Of a stretch of 64,000 bases of DNA, positions 1 to 10,177 are shown one piece after another. A program made the position numbers and the translations under genes. The notes beneath the pieces were generated by a model. The model was not told the origin of the DNA and made no database searches. It was given only the letters and a program-made list of their open reading frames with translations. Where the stretch lies: the NCBI GenBank assembly GCA_965112155.1, contig OZ218100.1. One strand, written 5' to 3'. The stretch comes from Podarcis liolepis (taxonomy: Eukaryota). Positions within the stretch are counted from its first letter, which is position 1. Each line of letters starts with the position of its first letter.

Positions 1-534
1 GTTCAGCTTTCGCGAAAAAAAGGCACACGGTCTCCACTCTGACTCCTCCTTCCCTGGCTGCAGAAGAAGCACCGCCCCTATGGCTCTGTCTGATGCGTCT
101 GTTTCGACTCTCATCTTTTTTTGTAAATCCACATGCAGAAGTTGTTCTTCAGAGGCGAAGGCCCTTTTTAGCTCCTCAAAAGCTCGCTCCACCTCCTCAG
201 TCCAAACAAATTTCTTCTTACTGCTGAGACAGTCCGTTATGGGCGCCGTCAGGTGGGCAAAGTTTCGGATGAACTTACGGTAAAAGTTCCCAAACCCTAG
301 GAACCTCTGCACATCCTTCTTTGTTTTGGGTGTTTTCCATTCCAGCACTGCCTGGACCTTGCCGGGATCCATGGCCAATCCCTTGTCTGACAGGCGGTAC
401 CCCAGGAACTCCACCTCCTTGGTATGAAACTGACACTTCTCCAGTTTCACCCACAGCCGGTTGGCTAGCAGCCTGCGCAACACTTCTCTGACGTCTCTCA
501 CATGCTGCTCCTCATTCTCAGAATACACCAACAC
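1..534 (-). pseudogene. pol: Gypsy Pol, RT C-terminal half and start of RNase H (frame after the lesion; open to window edge)
   Basis: Manual translation from 534: VLVYSENEEQHVRDVREVL...KLEKCQF...EFLGY...VQRFLGFGNFYRKFIRNFA...VETDASDRAIGAVL...CAFFSRKLN, with no stops. Confidence 0.95.
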
Positions 535-557
535 GTGTATTCTGTGTTCCTGTACAA

Positions 558-1670
558 CAGGAAGGCCACACAATTCTTGTAAAGCAAAGGCCCTAGTACG
601 TGGTTCATCAGCGATTGAAAGCACGCCGAGCCTGCTTGTAATCCAAATGGCATAACGAGATATTCAAATGCCCCCAAAGGGGTGAACATGGTGGTTTTCC
701 ATTCATCCCCTTTCCTTATACATATCAGATTGTACGCCCCCCTTAGGTCCAGCTTGGTAAAAATCTTTCCCTTCCGCACCCTGTCCAAAATGTCATCTAT
801 TCTAGGCATGGGAAAGGCCAATGGTTCTGACACTGCGTTTAAAGCCCGAAAGTCACACACAAGTCTCGGCTTGTCCGTGTTTTTTTTATCCACAAAAAAC
901 ACTGGACTACCTCCCACCGCTCTTGACTCTCTGATGAAACCCCTCTTCAGGTTCTTTTCAATGAACTCTCTTAGCTCCTGCATTTCTCTGTCTGACATGG
1001 CATACAACTTGCCTGCGGGGAGCTGCGCCCCAGGCAGTAAATTGATTTGACAATCAAAGGGTCTATGCGGGGGTAGTTGGTCAGCTTCCCTTTCGCTGAA
1101 CACGTCGCTGAGATCTGCGTATTGTCGTGGTACCTTCACCTTCTCCGTTACTTCTGTCCCTGCTAGGGTAGCTTGGGCTCCTGCTGAACCCTTTCCCTCC
1201 TTGCAGTGTTCTGAGCAATGTGCGGAACCAAAGGAAACCACTCTCTGATGCCAGCCCACCAGTGGATCATGTAACGCCAGCCAGCTCATCCCCAAAATAA
1301 TGGGAGCCCCTCCCAAGGTGGCCACATTAAACGCTATCAGTTCTGTGTGCCTTGCCACCTTCATTATCATTGGGACGGTCTGCAAGCTGACTTCCCCTCC
1401 CAACAGCTCCCTGCCATCGATCGTGGTCACCTGCAGGGGGTTGCTTAAAGGGATCGTCTGTATCTGGTGTTCAGCTGCAAACTCTTTGCTCATGAAATTG
1501 CAGGAGCTGCCTGAGTCCAACAGCGCCTTAATCTTCAGAGGGTATCCGTTTTGCAACTCTAGTGACACTTCTATCACTAGGGCAGGTTTGGGAGGTTCTG
1601 GCGTGGGCACTTTCACTGCTCTTTGGCCTGGCTGCTGTGCCCCGACGGTGGCAGCCAGGCGTTGGCTTTT
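558..1670 (-). pseudogene. pol: Gypsy Pol, aspartic protease and RT N-terminal half (-1 frame relative to gag)
   Basis: ORF 498..1616 contains LLDSGS (protease), ILGMSWL, RLVCDFRALN, FTKLDLRGAY and YLVMPFGL. Homology breaks at CVAFL, where DD is expected. Confidence 0.95.
1605..1670 (-). promoter_or_regulatory. Putative -1 ribosomal frameshift signal (A-run plus H-type pseudoknot)
   Basis: Stem 1 is 10 bp (1651-1660 with 1626-1635); stem 2 is 6 bp (1637-1642 with 1605-1610). Pol is in the -1 frame and open through the overlap. Confidence 0.75.
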
Positions 1671-2626
1671 ACTTGCTCCGATATCTCCTCCACTCCTCCC
1701 TCAACAGCTCCCACCATCCCTTGCCATTCCTTCCTCTGGGGGCAGACTCTGGCAAAGTGACCTGGCTGTTGGCAGAGATAGCATTTCCGGGCGCCTTTTC
1801 CCTCCTTCCTACCCCCTTCACTGGGCTTTGAAACTGCGCGCGCGCGCGCTGTTCCGATTTCCATCGGCTCTGCCGGCGGGAAAGCTGGCTCAGGAATGTC
1901 TGGAATGCGGAACTCCTTCCAACGTTCCCCCTTACCTTCCCGCCTCTCCAAGGCTCTCGCCTCCTGGCGCGCTCCTATGGTCAGCGCAGATTTGGTCAGC
2001 TGATCCATAGAAACCGCCCTGGGACTCCGGGAAAGTTCGTCTTTCACAGCCGAAGAAAGACCTTCTTCAAAAAGCATTTGAATGGGTTCCGCCGATAAAT
2101 CCCACCCCAATCTGTGAACCAGCATGGTAAACTCAGTCCAGTACTCACGGACAGATCGGCTCCCCTGCTTGCAAGCCATTAACTGTCTGCGCACCACTCC
2201 CTGCTCAATATCGCTGGAAAACATGAGATCCATTGCACGAAAGAACTTCATTGTGTCCTTTAGGACGTCATTATGCGTTGCCATCAGGGGTCGCACCCAG
2301 TCCCTCGCCCCCTTTTCAAGGTGCCCAATCACGAAAGCCACTCGCGATTCCTCGTCAGGGAATTCATCAAACTGCACATTGAGGGCATATTGCATCTCTG
2401 TTCTAAAGGCATGGTAGTCCTTGGGGTCCCCCCCAAACTTCTGCACCAATCCTGGTACCTTTCTGGTGAACTGGGTGGCTTTCCCCTTCTTGTCTGCATC
2501 CTGAGCCCTTCTCTCCTCAAGCCTCGCCGTCTGCAGCGCCAGTTGGATCTCCAACGCCCGGTACCTTTCTTCCAGGCTTGGCCCTGCTCCAACTCCTGCT
2601 TCTCCGGTTCTGGCTGGGTCACTCAT
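1613..2626 (-). CDS. gag: Gypsy Gag (capsid plus CCHC zinc knuckle), 337 aa, intact
   Basis: QGSRSVREY retrotransposon-gag motif, PEPMEIG motif, CYLCQQPGHFARVC knuckle, N-terminal coiled-coil-like segment. Confidence 0.95.
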   Translation of the reverse strand: MSDPARTGEAGVGAGPSLEERYRALEIQLALQTARLEERRAQDADKKGKATQFTRKVPGLVQKFGGDPKDYHAFRTEMQYALNVQFDEFPDEESRVAFVIGHLEKGARDWVRPLMATHNDVLKDTMKFFRAMDLMFSSDIEQGVVRRQLMACKQGSRSVREYWTEFTMLVHRLGWDLSAEPIQMLFEEGLSSAVKDELSRSPRAVSMDQLTKSALTIGARQEARALERREGKGERWKEFRIPDIPEPAFPPAEPMEIGTARARAVSKPSEGGRKEGKGARKCYLCQQPGHFARVCPQRKEWQGMVGAVEGGVEEISEQVKANAWLPPSGHSSQAKEQ

Positions 2627-2658
2627 GATGCTTTCTCCTGCACAAACAGCTTACAGAG

Positions 2659-2669
2659 ACTGTCGGAAT
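2659..2669 (-). promoter_or_regulatory. Primer-binding site, self-priming type
   Basis: ATTCCGACAGT lies 2 nt after the LTR end, has no TGG, and is the exact complement of ACTGTCGGAAT at 2800-2790 inside the LTR. Confidence 0.8.
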
Positions 2670-2671
2670 GC

Positions 2672-3079
2672 TGTGATGGGATGATGAGCTGCTTGTGCGT
2701 AAAAGCGTAGTCCCTCAGAGTCTGTGCAAGTTCACAAACCTCTGTCTGTGACGGAGCCCCTCAGACATGGCTCCTCTAGTCACTTGCAGATTCCGACAGT
2801 GGTTGTTTTCGGAATCGTTTCCAGCATAAAAGTTCCTTAACGGAAACACGTCTTCTGGACTCACGGCGTGACAGTTTCCGGCGAGGCGTGGGTCTCCCTA
2901 TGGGAACTTCAGATACCTCCCCACTGTTCTCGCTGGAAGTGTCTCTGAGCCCTCCCGCCTGCTCGCATTCCCTCAGAGATCCACTCCTCCCCCTGCTGGT
3001 TCCTGCTTCAGCTGTTGAGTCTCTCCCAGCCTCCCTGAGCCCCTCCACCACCTGTTCCTCTGATGGCAGTTCCCTGACA
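2672..3079 (-). repeat. 5' LTR (~408 bp)
   Basis: Minus strand reads TGTCAGGG...ATCACA; a TTTTAT TATA-like box lies ~26-31 nt upstream of the inferred start at 2800. The partner LTR is outside the window. Confidence 0.8.
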
Positions 3080-4970
3080 ATAGGGAAGGCCATTACTTCT
3101 CCCTCCCCCTCTCAGCTGCATGTTCTCTTTTCATATACTAGCCCCAACCCCATATTCCTGGGATTGCAGAGAACAAAATGGGTGGGGTGGCAGTTACCAG
3201 GCAACATTTGTGGCAGAAAGAGGTGCCTGCCCCTAACAAGTCTCCCCTGAATTTTATTCTCCCTGCCCCCAGAAACTGGATCATTTCTCCTCTGATTCAG
3301 TTTCAGCTCCCAGCTGGAAAAAAAAATTACCTCCTCATGGAGAATTGGGGAAGTAGTAAGCACTCCCTTGCTTCCTGTCAATTCTCCCCTCCCAGTACCC
3401 TAAAATCAAAGGCACTCCAATCATACTATCAATACCAGCTGATGATGCTCCATATGAAAAATGACAGATGTCCTTTCCTCTGCTTTCAGATGGCTGAATG
3501 GTTCAGCACACTCAGAGCTGGGGCCACTTTCTCAAGTACTGTGGGCTGTTTTACTCTCGAATCTGCATTTCAAGAGCCTTTTGGCTTTTGTCCCGTTTTC
3601 TTGCTTTGCTTCCTGGCTTAATTGCTTTTAATAAAGTGAATGGAAATATGACCCTTATCTTAGCGACTTGTCATACTCGATATTAGCAACTGCATCTTAT
3701 ACAGAAAGGGTTCAGAGAGTGATCTTCTGCAGAATGAGGTATGAGCTCAAATATATGCTGTTGGAGCAGGGCAGTAAATGAGGCGAAACCCCAATATTTG
3801 GCCCCTTTTGACAAGGTCAGATCTCAATGGTTTTCCGTAGTTTTAAACAAAATGCTGGCATGCCCATTTCTATAAAGGTTACCTTTCAGAATGACCAAGT
3901 TCTGTAGCATCTTTTTTAGAAATGTAGCTGACACAAAGGAGCTTCTTCTGATTCTATCTTAGTAGTTCATATGTCATGAAAGTTCATGTCCTTCCCATTC
4001 AAAACTGAGAACCTCAGGAGCTCTATCAAGTGAAAAGGCAATCTATTGCAGATACTTCACAGCAAGCTTCCGTCTCTCCACCCCGCTGAGCAATGTGCTA
4101 TTGAAAAGAGCTACATTCTGGGCTTCGTCTGCTTGACTTATCGTTCCAGCTGTTAATGAAGAAACCTTACTGTGTGAACCCACAAAAAATGTTATTAGAA
4201 GATATCCCAAGCTAGTCAAGCTCAGAGTATTTCCACTGAAATCCAGTAAATCCAATTATTTGTGTAGGTCTACTCTCAGCATGACTTTGCTGGACATCCT
4301 CCATTATTATTATTGATATGTATGTCGCTTTCCATAACAAATGAAGCCTCGAAGTGTTGTACAAAAGCACAATACAAAAATATAACGCTCAGCAAACACA
4401 GCTATCAACACAATACCAAACACTACAAGTGATCATCCATAATAGTCAATTATAGAACAGGGATATCCTTCTTAACCAACAGCAGGATGAATACCTAAAA
4501 TAGCCCCCAACCAGAACAGAATTATTGCCCAAATGACTAGGAGAATAAAAGGTAGGGAGGTAAGTGAGGGTAATTTTAGCACTTGACGGTTTTCAGTTGC
4601 TGGATGGCAATTTTGATTTCTTTCGTAGTAGTAATTGCGCTGTATCATGTGAGGATGTAGTTGTCTTACTATGATCCAATTAACTGCATACACATTTATT
4701 TGCACATTGGTATGCCTTCAGGATACAACCAGCCTGTGTGTGTGAACTATTGTAATAAAGAAGCCTAACAGCTCAAGCAAGCAAGATACAAAGGTCTATG
4801 AAACCCAGTATAAGGTTCATAGCATGAATGCAAGCAGACAAATTGACCTACATGGTAGAGACCATGTTGGGTGGATATCAGGTTACTTTGACCCAGGCTA
4901 TGCTGTTTTGCCCCTACCATGGTTTATTATAGGCTCATGAAAGAACGGAATCTAGCTTGAGTATTTTAAA

Positions 4971-5190
4971 GAGGACCAGTGTGGTATAGTGGTTAGAGTG
5001 TTGAACTAGTTGCTGGGAGACCCGAGTTCAAATCCCCACTTGGACATGAAGTTCACTAGTGACCTTGGGCCAGTCACATACTCTCAGCCTAACCTACATG
5101 GGGATGTTGTGGGGATAAAATGGAGAAAGGGAGAACCATAATTGCCACCTTGAGCTCCTTGTAGGAAAGGTGGGCTATAAATTTAATAAA
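4971..5190 (+). mobile_element. tRNA-derived SINE (Squam3-like), old
   Basis: A box tggtatagtgg, B box gagttcaaatcc, gtgaccttgggccagtcac body, A-rich tail. Confidence 0.8.
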
Positions 5191-5309
5191 AATTAAAAAG
5201 AAAAAAAATCAAAAAATAATCTATGCTTGGAATTTCCAAATACCTGAGTTGCAGTATCTCAGTCAACAACTCTTGAACAATGTGCTCTGATTTTGTTGGT
5301 CTATATAGT

Positions 5310-5343
5310 GATAGATAGATAGATACACACACACACACACACA
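5310..5343. repeat. (GATA)n/(CA)n microsatellite
   Basis: Direct inspection. Confidence 0.9.
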
Positions 5344-5997
5344 TATTGCTTATATACAAACTCTACAAAGAGTTTAGTAGTTATCAAGATCACTGTAATC
5401 CTAGTAATCAGTTGTAAGTCTATAGTCAAATGCTAGTTTAATAGTGTTAATGGTTTCAAAGCCTATGAGCTAATCCAACTCATTAAAATACTGCAAAGAG
5501 TGAGGATTAATTCAGCTTCATTCGGCGTATTCAACCATAGATGCATAATTACGCTTGCTCCTACTATGACCTGGTTGATGTCTAATTGAGCTTTTGAACT
5601 TTTAATAATAATAACCAAAAAGCCAGTTAATTTGGGGCTTCCTCTGTAAGAGGTTTACAGCAATCTAATTGCACAGGGCCACTCTGTTTGGGTCATAGGC
5701 AGGAACAACATGTACAAGTATTTTACAATGTGGGCATACTTCCTTCCTAATTGTATTAAAGTGGCAAACTCCAACAATGCATTGTGCTGAACTGTTGTGT
5801 TAATCACAGCTGAAGGCTCTCTCCAAAGTACATCTCTGCCAGAAAAGGGAACAGTCTGTGTTATGCTTATAGAATCATAGAATTGTATGGTTGGAAAGGA
5901 CCCCCAACTTAGCCATATGGTGGAATTGATGTCATCCTATAAGAGAACTCAGTGGTCAACGCTGGAGGACAGATAAATTGATGGTGTTCCTTTAGGA

Positions 5998-6133
5998 CAG
6001 GCATAGGCAACCTTTGGCCCTCCAGATGTTTTGGCCTACAACTCCCATGATCCCTATCTAACAGGACCAGTGGTCAGAGATGATGGGAATTGTAGTGCAA
6101 AACATCTGGAGGGCTGAAGGTTGCCTGTGCCTG
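5998..6133. mobile_element. hAT-type palindromic MITE
   Basis: TIRs caggcataggcaacc/ggttgcctgtgcctg; 8-bp TSD ctttagga/ctttaggg. Related, more decayed copies near 22.3, 28.9, 33.4, 42.9, 44.4, 45.4, 46.3 and 53.5 kb. Confidence 0.88.
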
Positions 6134-6149
6134 CTTTAGGGGTATTGGC

Positions 6150-7480
6150 ATTAATGAAAAGTAAACTTTGATTGTTGAGTTGACTTACTAACCCCTGTGC
6201 ACTCATGCCATTTAGAATACTGGGAAAATGGCAAAGGTTTTAGCACTAGGACTATCACCTATAATACCATATAATCCTTTATTTCAAAATAAAAACAGAT
6301 CATATGATGTGAAGGTATGGAAAGAACACCATTTACATTGCTTGAATGATTATTATAGCAAGGGACAACCTTTTACAGAGGCGCAAGTACATTTAGAAAA
6401 TCATCAAATTTCACTGCCGCTAGGATATCATTTCTTGCAAATATAAAAATTAAAAATGAAGCTACAGGGAAACTAAAAGAATATGAAAAGATAGTGATAA
6501 GAGATAGTATGACTAAGAGACTAATTTCCCTTTTATACAAAAACCCTTACTGATAATCAATTTTACCCCAAACAAAATCTAAAAAGCTGATGGGAACAAA
6601 AATTGAGTTATAAACATTGCAGAGAATGAATGGAACAATTTATGGACAAAAGCACCATATAAATCTCTGTCAGCAACTACTACTGTCCACAACTAGGGAA
6701 AACCCAGTCTGATAGGTGGGGTAAAGATAAAGGTACCCCTGCCCGAGTCTTGACAGACTCTAGGGTTGTGCGCCCATCTCACGCAAGAGGCCGGGGGCCA
6801 GCACTGTTCGCAGACACTTCCAGATCACGTGGCCAGCATGACATCACTGCTCTGGCGAGCCAGAGCCGCACACGGAAACGCTGTTTACCTTCCCGCTAGT
6901 AAGCGGTCCCTATTTATCTACTTGCACCCGGGAGTGCTTTCGAACTGCTAGGTTGGCAGGCGCTGGGACCGAAAAGCGGGAGCGCACCCCACCGTGAGGA
7001 TTCGAACCGCCGACCTTTCGATCGGCAAGCCCTAGGCCCTGAGGCTTTTACCCACAGCGCCACCCGATAGGTGGGGTATAAACAATAAAATTGTTATTCT
7101 TGTTATTACCACCACCACCACTACTACTACTACTGCATAATATTCACTAAAATTTCTGCCTGGATGTTCTTTAACATCAAAGAGATATTTGAGATTACAG
7201 CTCAGACAATGCAAATAACTATGGATTTAGCCTTATTTAATTTATACTTCAGAAATGGACCAATTAAGAGGTAAGGAATTAATAACACATCTATTAACAA
7301 CAGCAGCAGCTAGAACAGTAATAGCCAGAACTTGGTAAACCTTGCAATTAATGAATGTTGATCAGTGGTATAATATATAGTTGTCACACAAATTTAAGGT
7401 GGCAAGGGAAGAGAAACAAACAAGATAATTTTTGGAATGATTTTTATTAAATATACAAATGAAACTATACATGGACGAGG
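6150..7480 (+). mobile_element. Decayed L1-clade LINE ORF2 3' region, interrupted by later insertions
   Basis: Peptides LSPIIPYNPLF...W...LNDY...FLQI (6228..6446) and ELITHLLT-AARTVIARTW (~7275-7335) resemble non-mammalian L1 ORF2 C-termini. Confidence 0.7.
6724..7065 (-). mobile_element. Sauria SINE
   Basis: Reverse complement of gggtggcgctgtggg...gcaagtagataaatagg...tacct; 13-bp TSD gataggtggggta (6711-6723, 7066-7078). Confidence 0.95.
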
Positions 7481-7555
7481 AATACCTACAACACAGACTG
7501 CAAAATGACATAGGTAAGCAGGCACTACTCATTAGCTCACTCCTGTTCTGTGTAG

Positions 7556-8359
7556 GGGACGTGGGTGGTGCCATGGTCTAAATCACTGAGCCTTTTGGGC
7601 CTGCCAATTGTAAGGTTGGCAGTCCAAATCCCCACGACGGAGTGAGCTCCCATTGCTCTGTTCCAGCTTCTGCCCACCAAGCAGTTTGAAAGCACACCAG
7701 CACAAGTAGATAAATAGGTACCGCTGCAGCAGGAAGGCAAATGGCATTTCCATGCGCTCTGGCACTCCAGCATTCTGTGTGCCAAAAGCGGTTTAGTCAT
7801 GCTGGCCACATGACCCAGAAAGCTGTCGGCAGACAAACTTCCCTCAGCCTGAAAGCAGAGATGAGCGCCGTAGCCCATCATCAATTTCAGCTTGACCTAA
7901 CTGTCTAGGGGTCCTTTGTTGTTGTTGTCAATTAGTGTTAGTCAATTAGTGTTAGTCAATTAGTCAATTAGTGGTGTCCGACTCTTTGTGTCCCCATGGA
8001 CCAGAGCACGCCAGGCACTCCTGTCTTCCACTGCCTCCCGCAGTTTGGTCAAACTCATGTTAGTAGCTTTGAGAACACTGTCCAACCATCTCATCCTCTG
8101 TTATCCCCTTCTCCTTGTGCCCTCATTCTTTCCCAACATCAGAGCTGTTTTCAGAGAGTCTTCTCTTCTCATGAGGTGGCCAAAGTGTTGGAGCCTCAGC
8201 TTCAGGATCTGTCCTTCCAGTGAGCACTCAGGGTTGATTTGCTTCAGAATTGATAGGTTTTTGCAGTCCATGGGACTCTTAAGAGTCTCCTTCAGCACCA
8301 TAATTCAAAAGAATCAATTCTCTGGCCATCAGCCTTCTTTGTGGTCCTTTACCTTTACC
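7556..8359 (+). mobile_element. Sauria SINE with its tail split by a BovB insertion
   Basis: gggacgtgggtgg head and Sauria body; the tail resumes at 8343 as ggtcctttacctttacc. Outer TSD cct(g/a)ttctgtgt. Confidence 0.9.
7918..8342 (-). mobile_element. BovB (RTE) LINE, 5'-truncated 3' fragment
   Basis: ORF 8101..8301 SILKQINPECSLEGQILKLRLQHFGHLMRREDSLKTALMLGKNEGTRRRG matches the BovB ORF C-terminus; (CAA)n tail; 8-bp TSD ggtccttt. Confidence 0.95.
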
Positions 8360-8964
8360 CTATTCTGTGTTTTCCAAGTTCCAAGCTAGATGGTGTCCCA
8401 GCTCCCAGGTCTTTCACATCCTTGGCATGATCTGCTGGGTCAAATGCTTCCATAATTTCAATGCTGCTAGACACATTTTCCCACAATGACCCATTCAAAT
8501 TTCAGCTTCTGGGCATACAGGGCACCAGAAGGTCCCATGATTTGTTCACTGCACAAAAGTAGGTCAGAGCAATCTACTCCTAGTAGCAGCAGAATCAGTG
8601 CCTTAGAATCCCAATCAGGAATCTAATTGGTGATCGATCTTAGATGAGGGTGGAAGAGTGTGAAGTCTGATGTGGGAATCTGGCTGCAACTGTCCAGCAA
8701 GCTATCACGCTTCAGTAGGGTTGGTAGGGAAAAATGGGTTCCACCTTCAAGTGGCTCAATCACAAAGCCACTTGCCTTCCTCCCCACCATGCACTGGACT
8801 CCAGCTCACGTCTTGAGGGTGAGCTGTATCTCTTCCCCATCCAAGCTAAAGAGGTCAAAGAACTCTGGACTAGCTAGAGATCGGTTGCTTTCCCCATCCA
8901 AGAAAACATATGTATAGCCTGCTCCGGATGCCCTGCAGGGCAGCATTGTCATTCCTTCTACCTG

Positions 8965-9142
8965 AAGAATCAGACCAATGGCCCATCTGGTTCAGCTTCC
9001 TTTCTCACAGTGTCCACTAGATGCCTGCTGTTAGCCTGCAAGCTGAACCTGAGCACGGGAGCCCTCTTCTCCCTTGTGTTCCCCAGCAACTGGTAGTCAG
9101 GAGGCCTACTGCCTCTGATACTGGAGAAAGAACCCAGCCATC
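8965..9142 (-). mobile_element. CR1-type LINE 3' remnant
   Basis: ggcccatctggttcagc...ttctcacagtg...cccagcaactggta motif; sister copies at ~11.0, ~25.0 and ~53.3 kb. Confidence 0.65.
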
Positions 9143-10177
9143 AATAAAGCCCAATTAATTCCAGCTCTGATATGAAGATGTGCTCTCAGGCAGAGCACAG
9201 TGTGATCCCTGAAGGCAGGCTTAAGGCTTAAAGTAACAAACATGTACAAACAGGTTTACCCCATATGGAAGATAACCTGGGGGACTGCTTGGCTGGCAGC
9301 CAACTGTACAGGAAGTTTACAGGACGAAAGGGAAGACCGAAGAGAGAGAAGGTAGCAGTGTGACTTGGCCTTTTACCAGGTCTACGAAGGTCACACCCAC
9401 CTACTAGTCACATGCAAGGAAGGATGCTCCAGGCCAGGGGGAACAGGAAGTTTCAACTGGCTGGACATTCCCCTTGCATGTCCACTCTAGCAAAACAATG
9501 AATGTTGTACTTGACTGCTCCCAGTGGATTACACCCCACATGGGTCACAGTCAGCCTTTGGTCTTCAAGCAACACCCTGTTCTTTCAGAAGAGAAATGTT
9601 GACAACAAGGAAGAGCAAACCGTGTTGCAGCTTGATAGCTCTTGACAGGCCTGATTTGATTAACCCTCCAGATCTTATAAAGACGCTGTTAGGAAAGGCA
9701 CAGCTCGATAAATTAGAAGTTTAAGATAGAGGACTGTGAGCCTGACATGACAAGAGCTTTTAAATGATTAACTTAGCAAAAATCAAATGTACAAGATGTG
9801 ATTGCAGGGCGGGCATACTAACATATGCTTTCCCTCTCCAGGATCCATGAATATCTATAGCATTCAATTACTGCAAAGTATATCAAAGCCTCTGCCTGTC
9901 TGTTTCAGTTACGGGCTTTTAATTTGGGGGGCAGGGGAGAGAAATTACAACAGGGCACATTCCTACAGTATCCTATGAAACTAACAGTGATTTAGTTAAC
10001 ACATGCTTCATTTCAGAATACCTTTTTCCCAGATAAATCATTTCATTCATCACTTTATGTTCTTATTTCAAAGAGGTGCCTTTAAAGCAGCTGCTCTTTT
10101 TGAATGTATCTATGGCAGTACGGGGCAGTACTGGACAGATCTTTCCAGTTCTATAGGACTAGGTTGCTGAACGCAAA

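Larger units (their letters stand above)
1..3079 (-). mobile_element. Ty3/Gypsy LTR retrotransposon (Tf1/sushi-like), 5' half; continues beyond window start
   Basis: Order 5' LTR, gag with CCHC knuckle, then protease-RT-RNase H. CpG-rich compared with the flank and nearly intact, so probably young. Confidence 0.97.

Noticed and set aside
1613-2626. Domesticated gag gene (PEG10/RTL-like)
   Set aside because: LTR, PBS and near-intact pol are retained and CpGs are undecayed, which fits a young transposon copy rather than a host gene.
80-3250. Plus-strand ORFs overlapping gag/pol/LTR (e.g. 1300..2010, 682..1050, 2273..2710)
   Set aside because: Antisense shadows of the coding strand with no recognisable domains.
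4043-4255. Minus-strand 70-aa ORF with a possible acceptor
   Set aside because: No recognisable homology, and its upstream end lies in a MITE relic.
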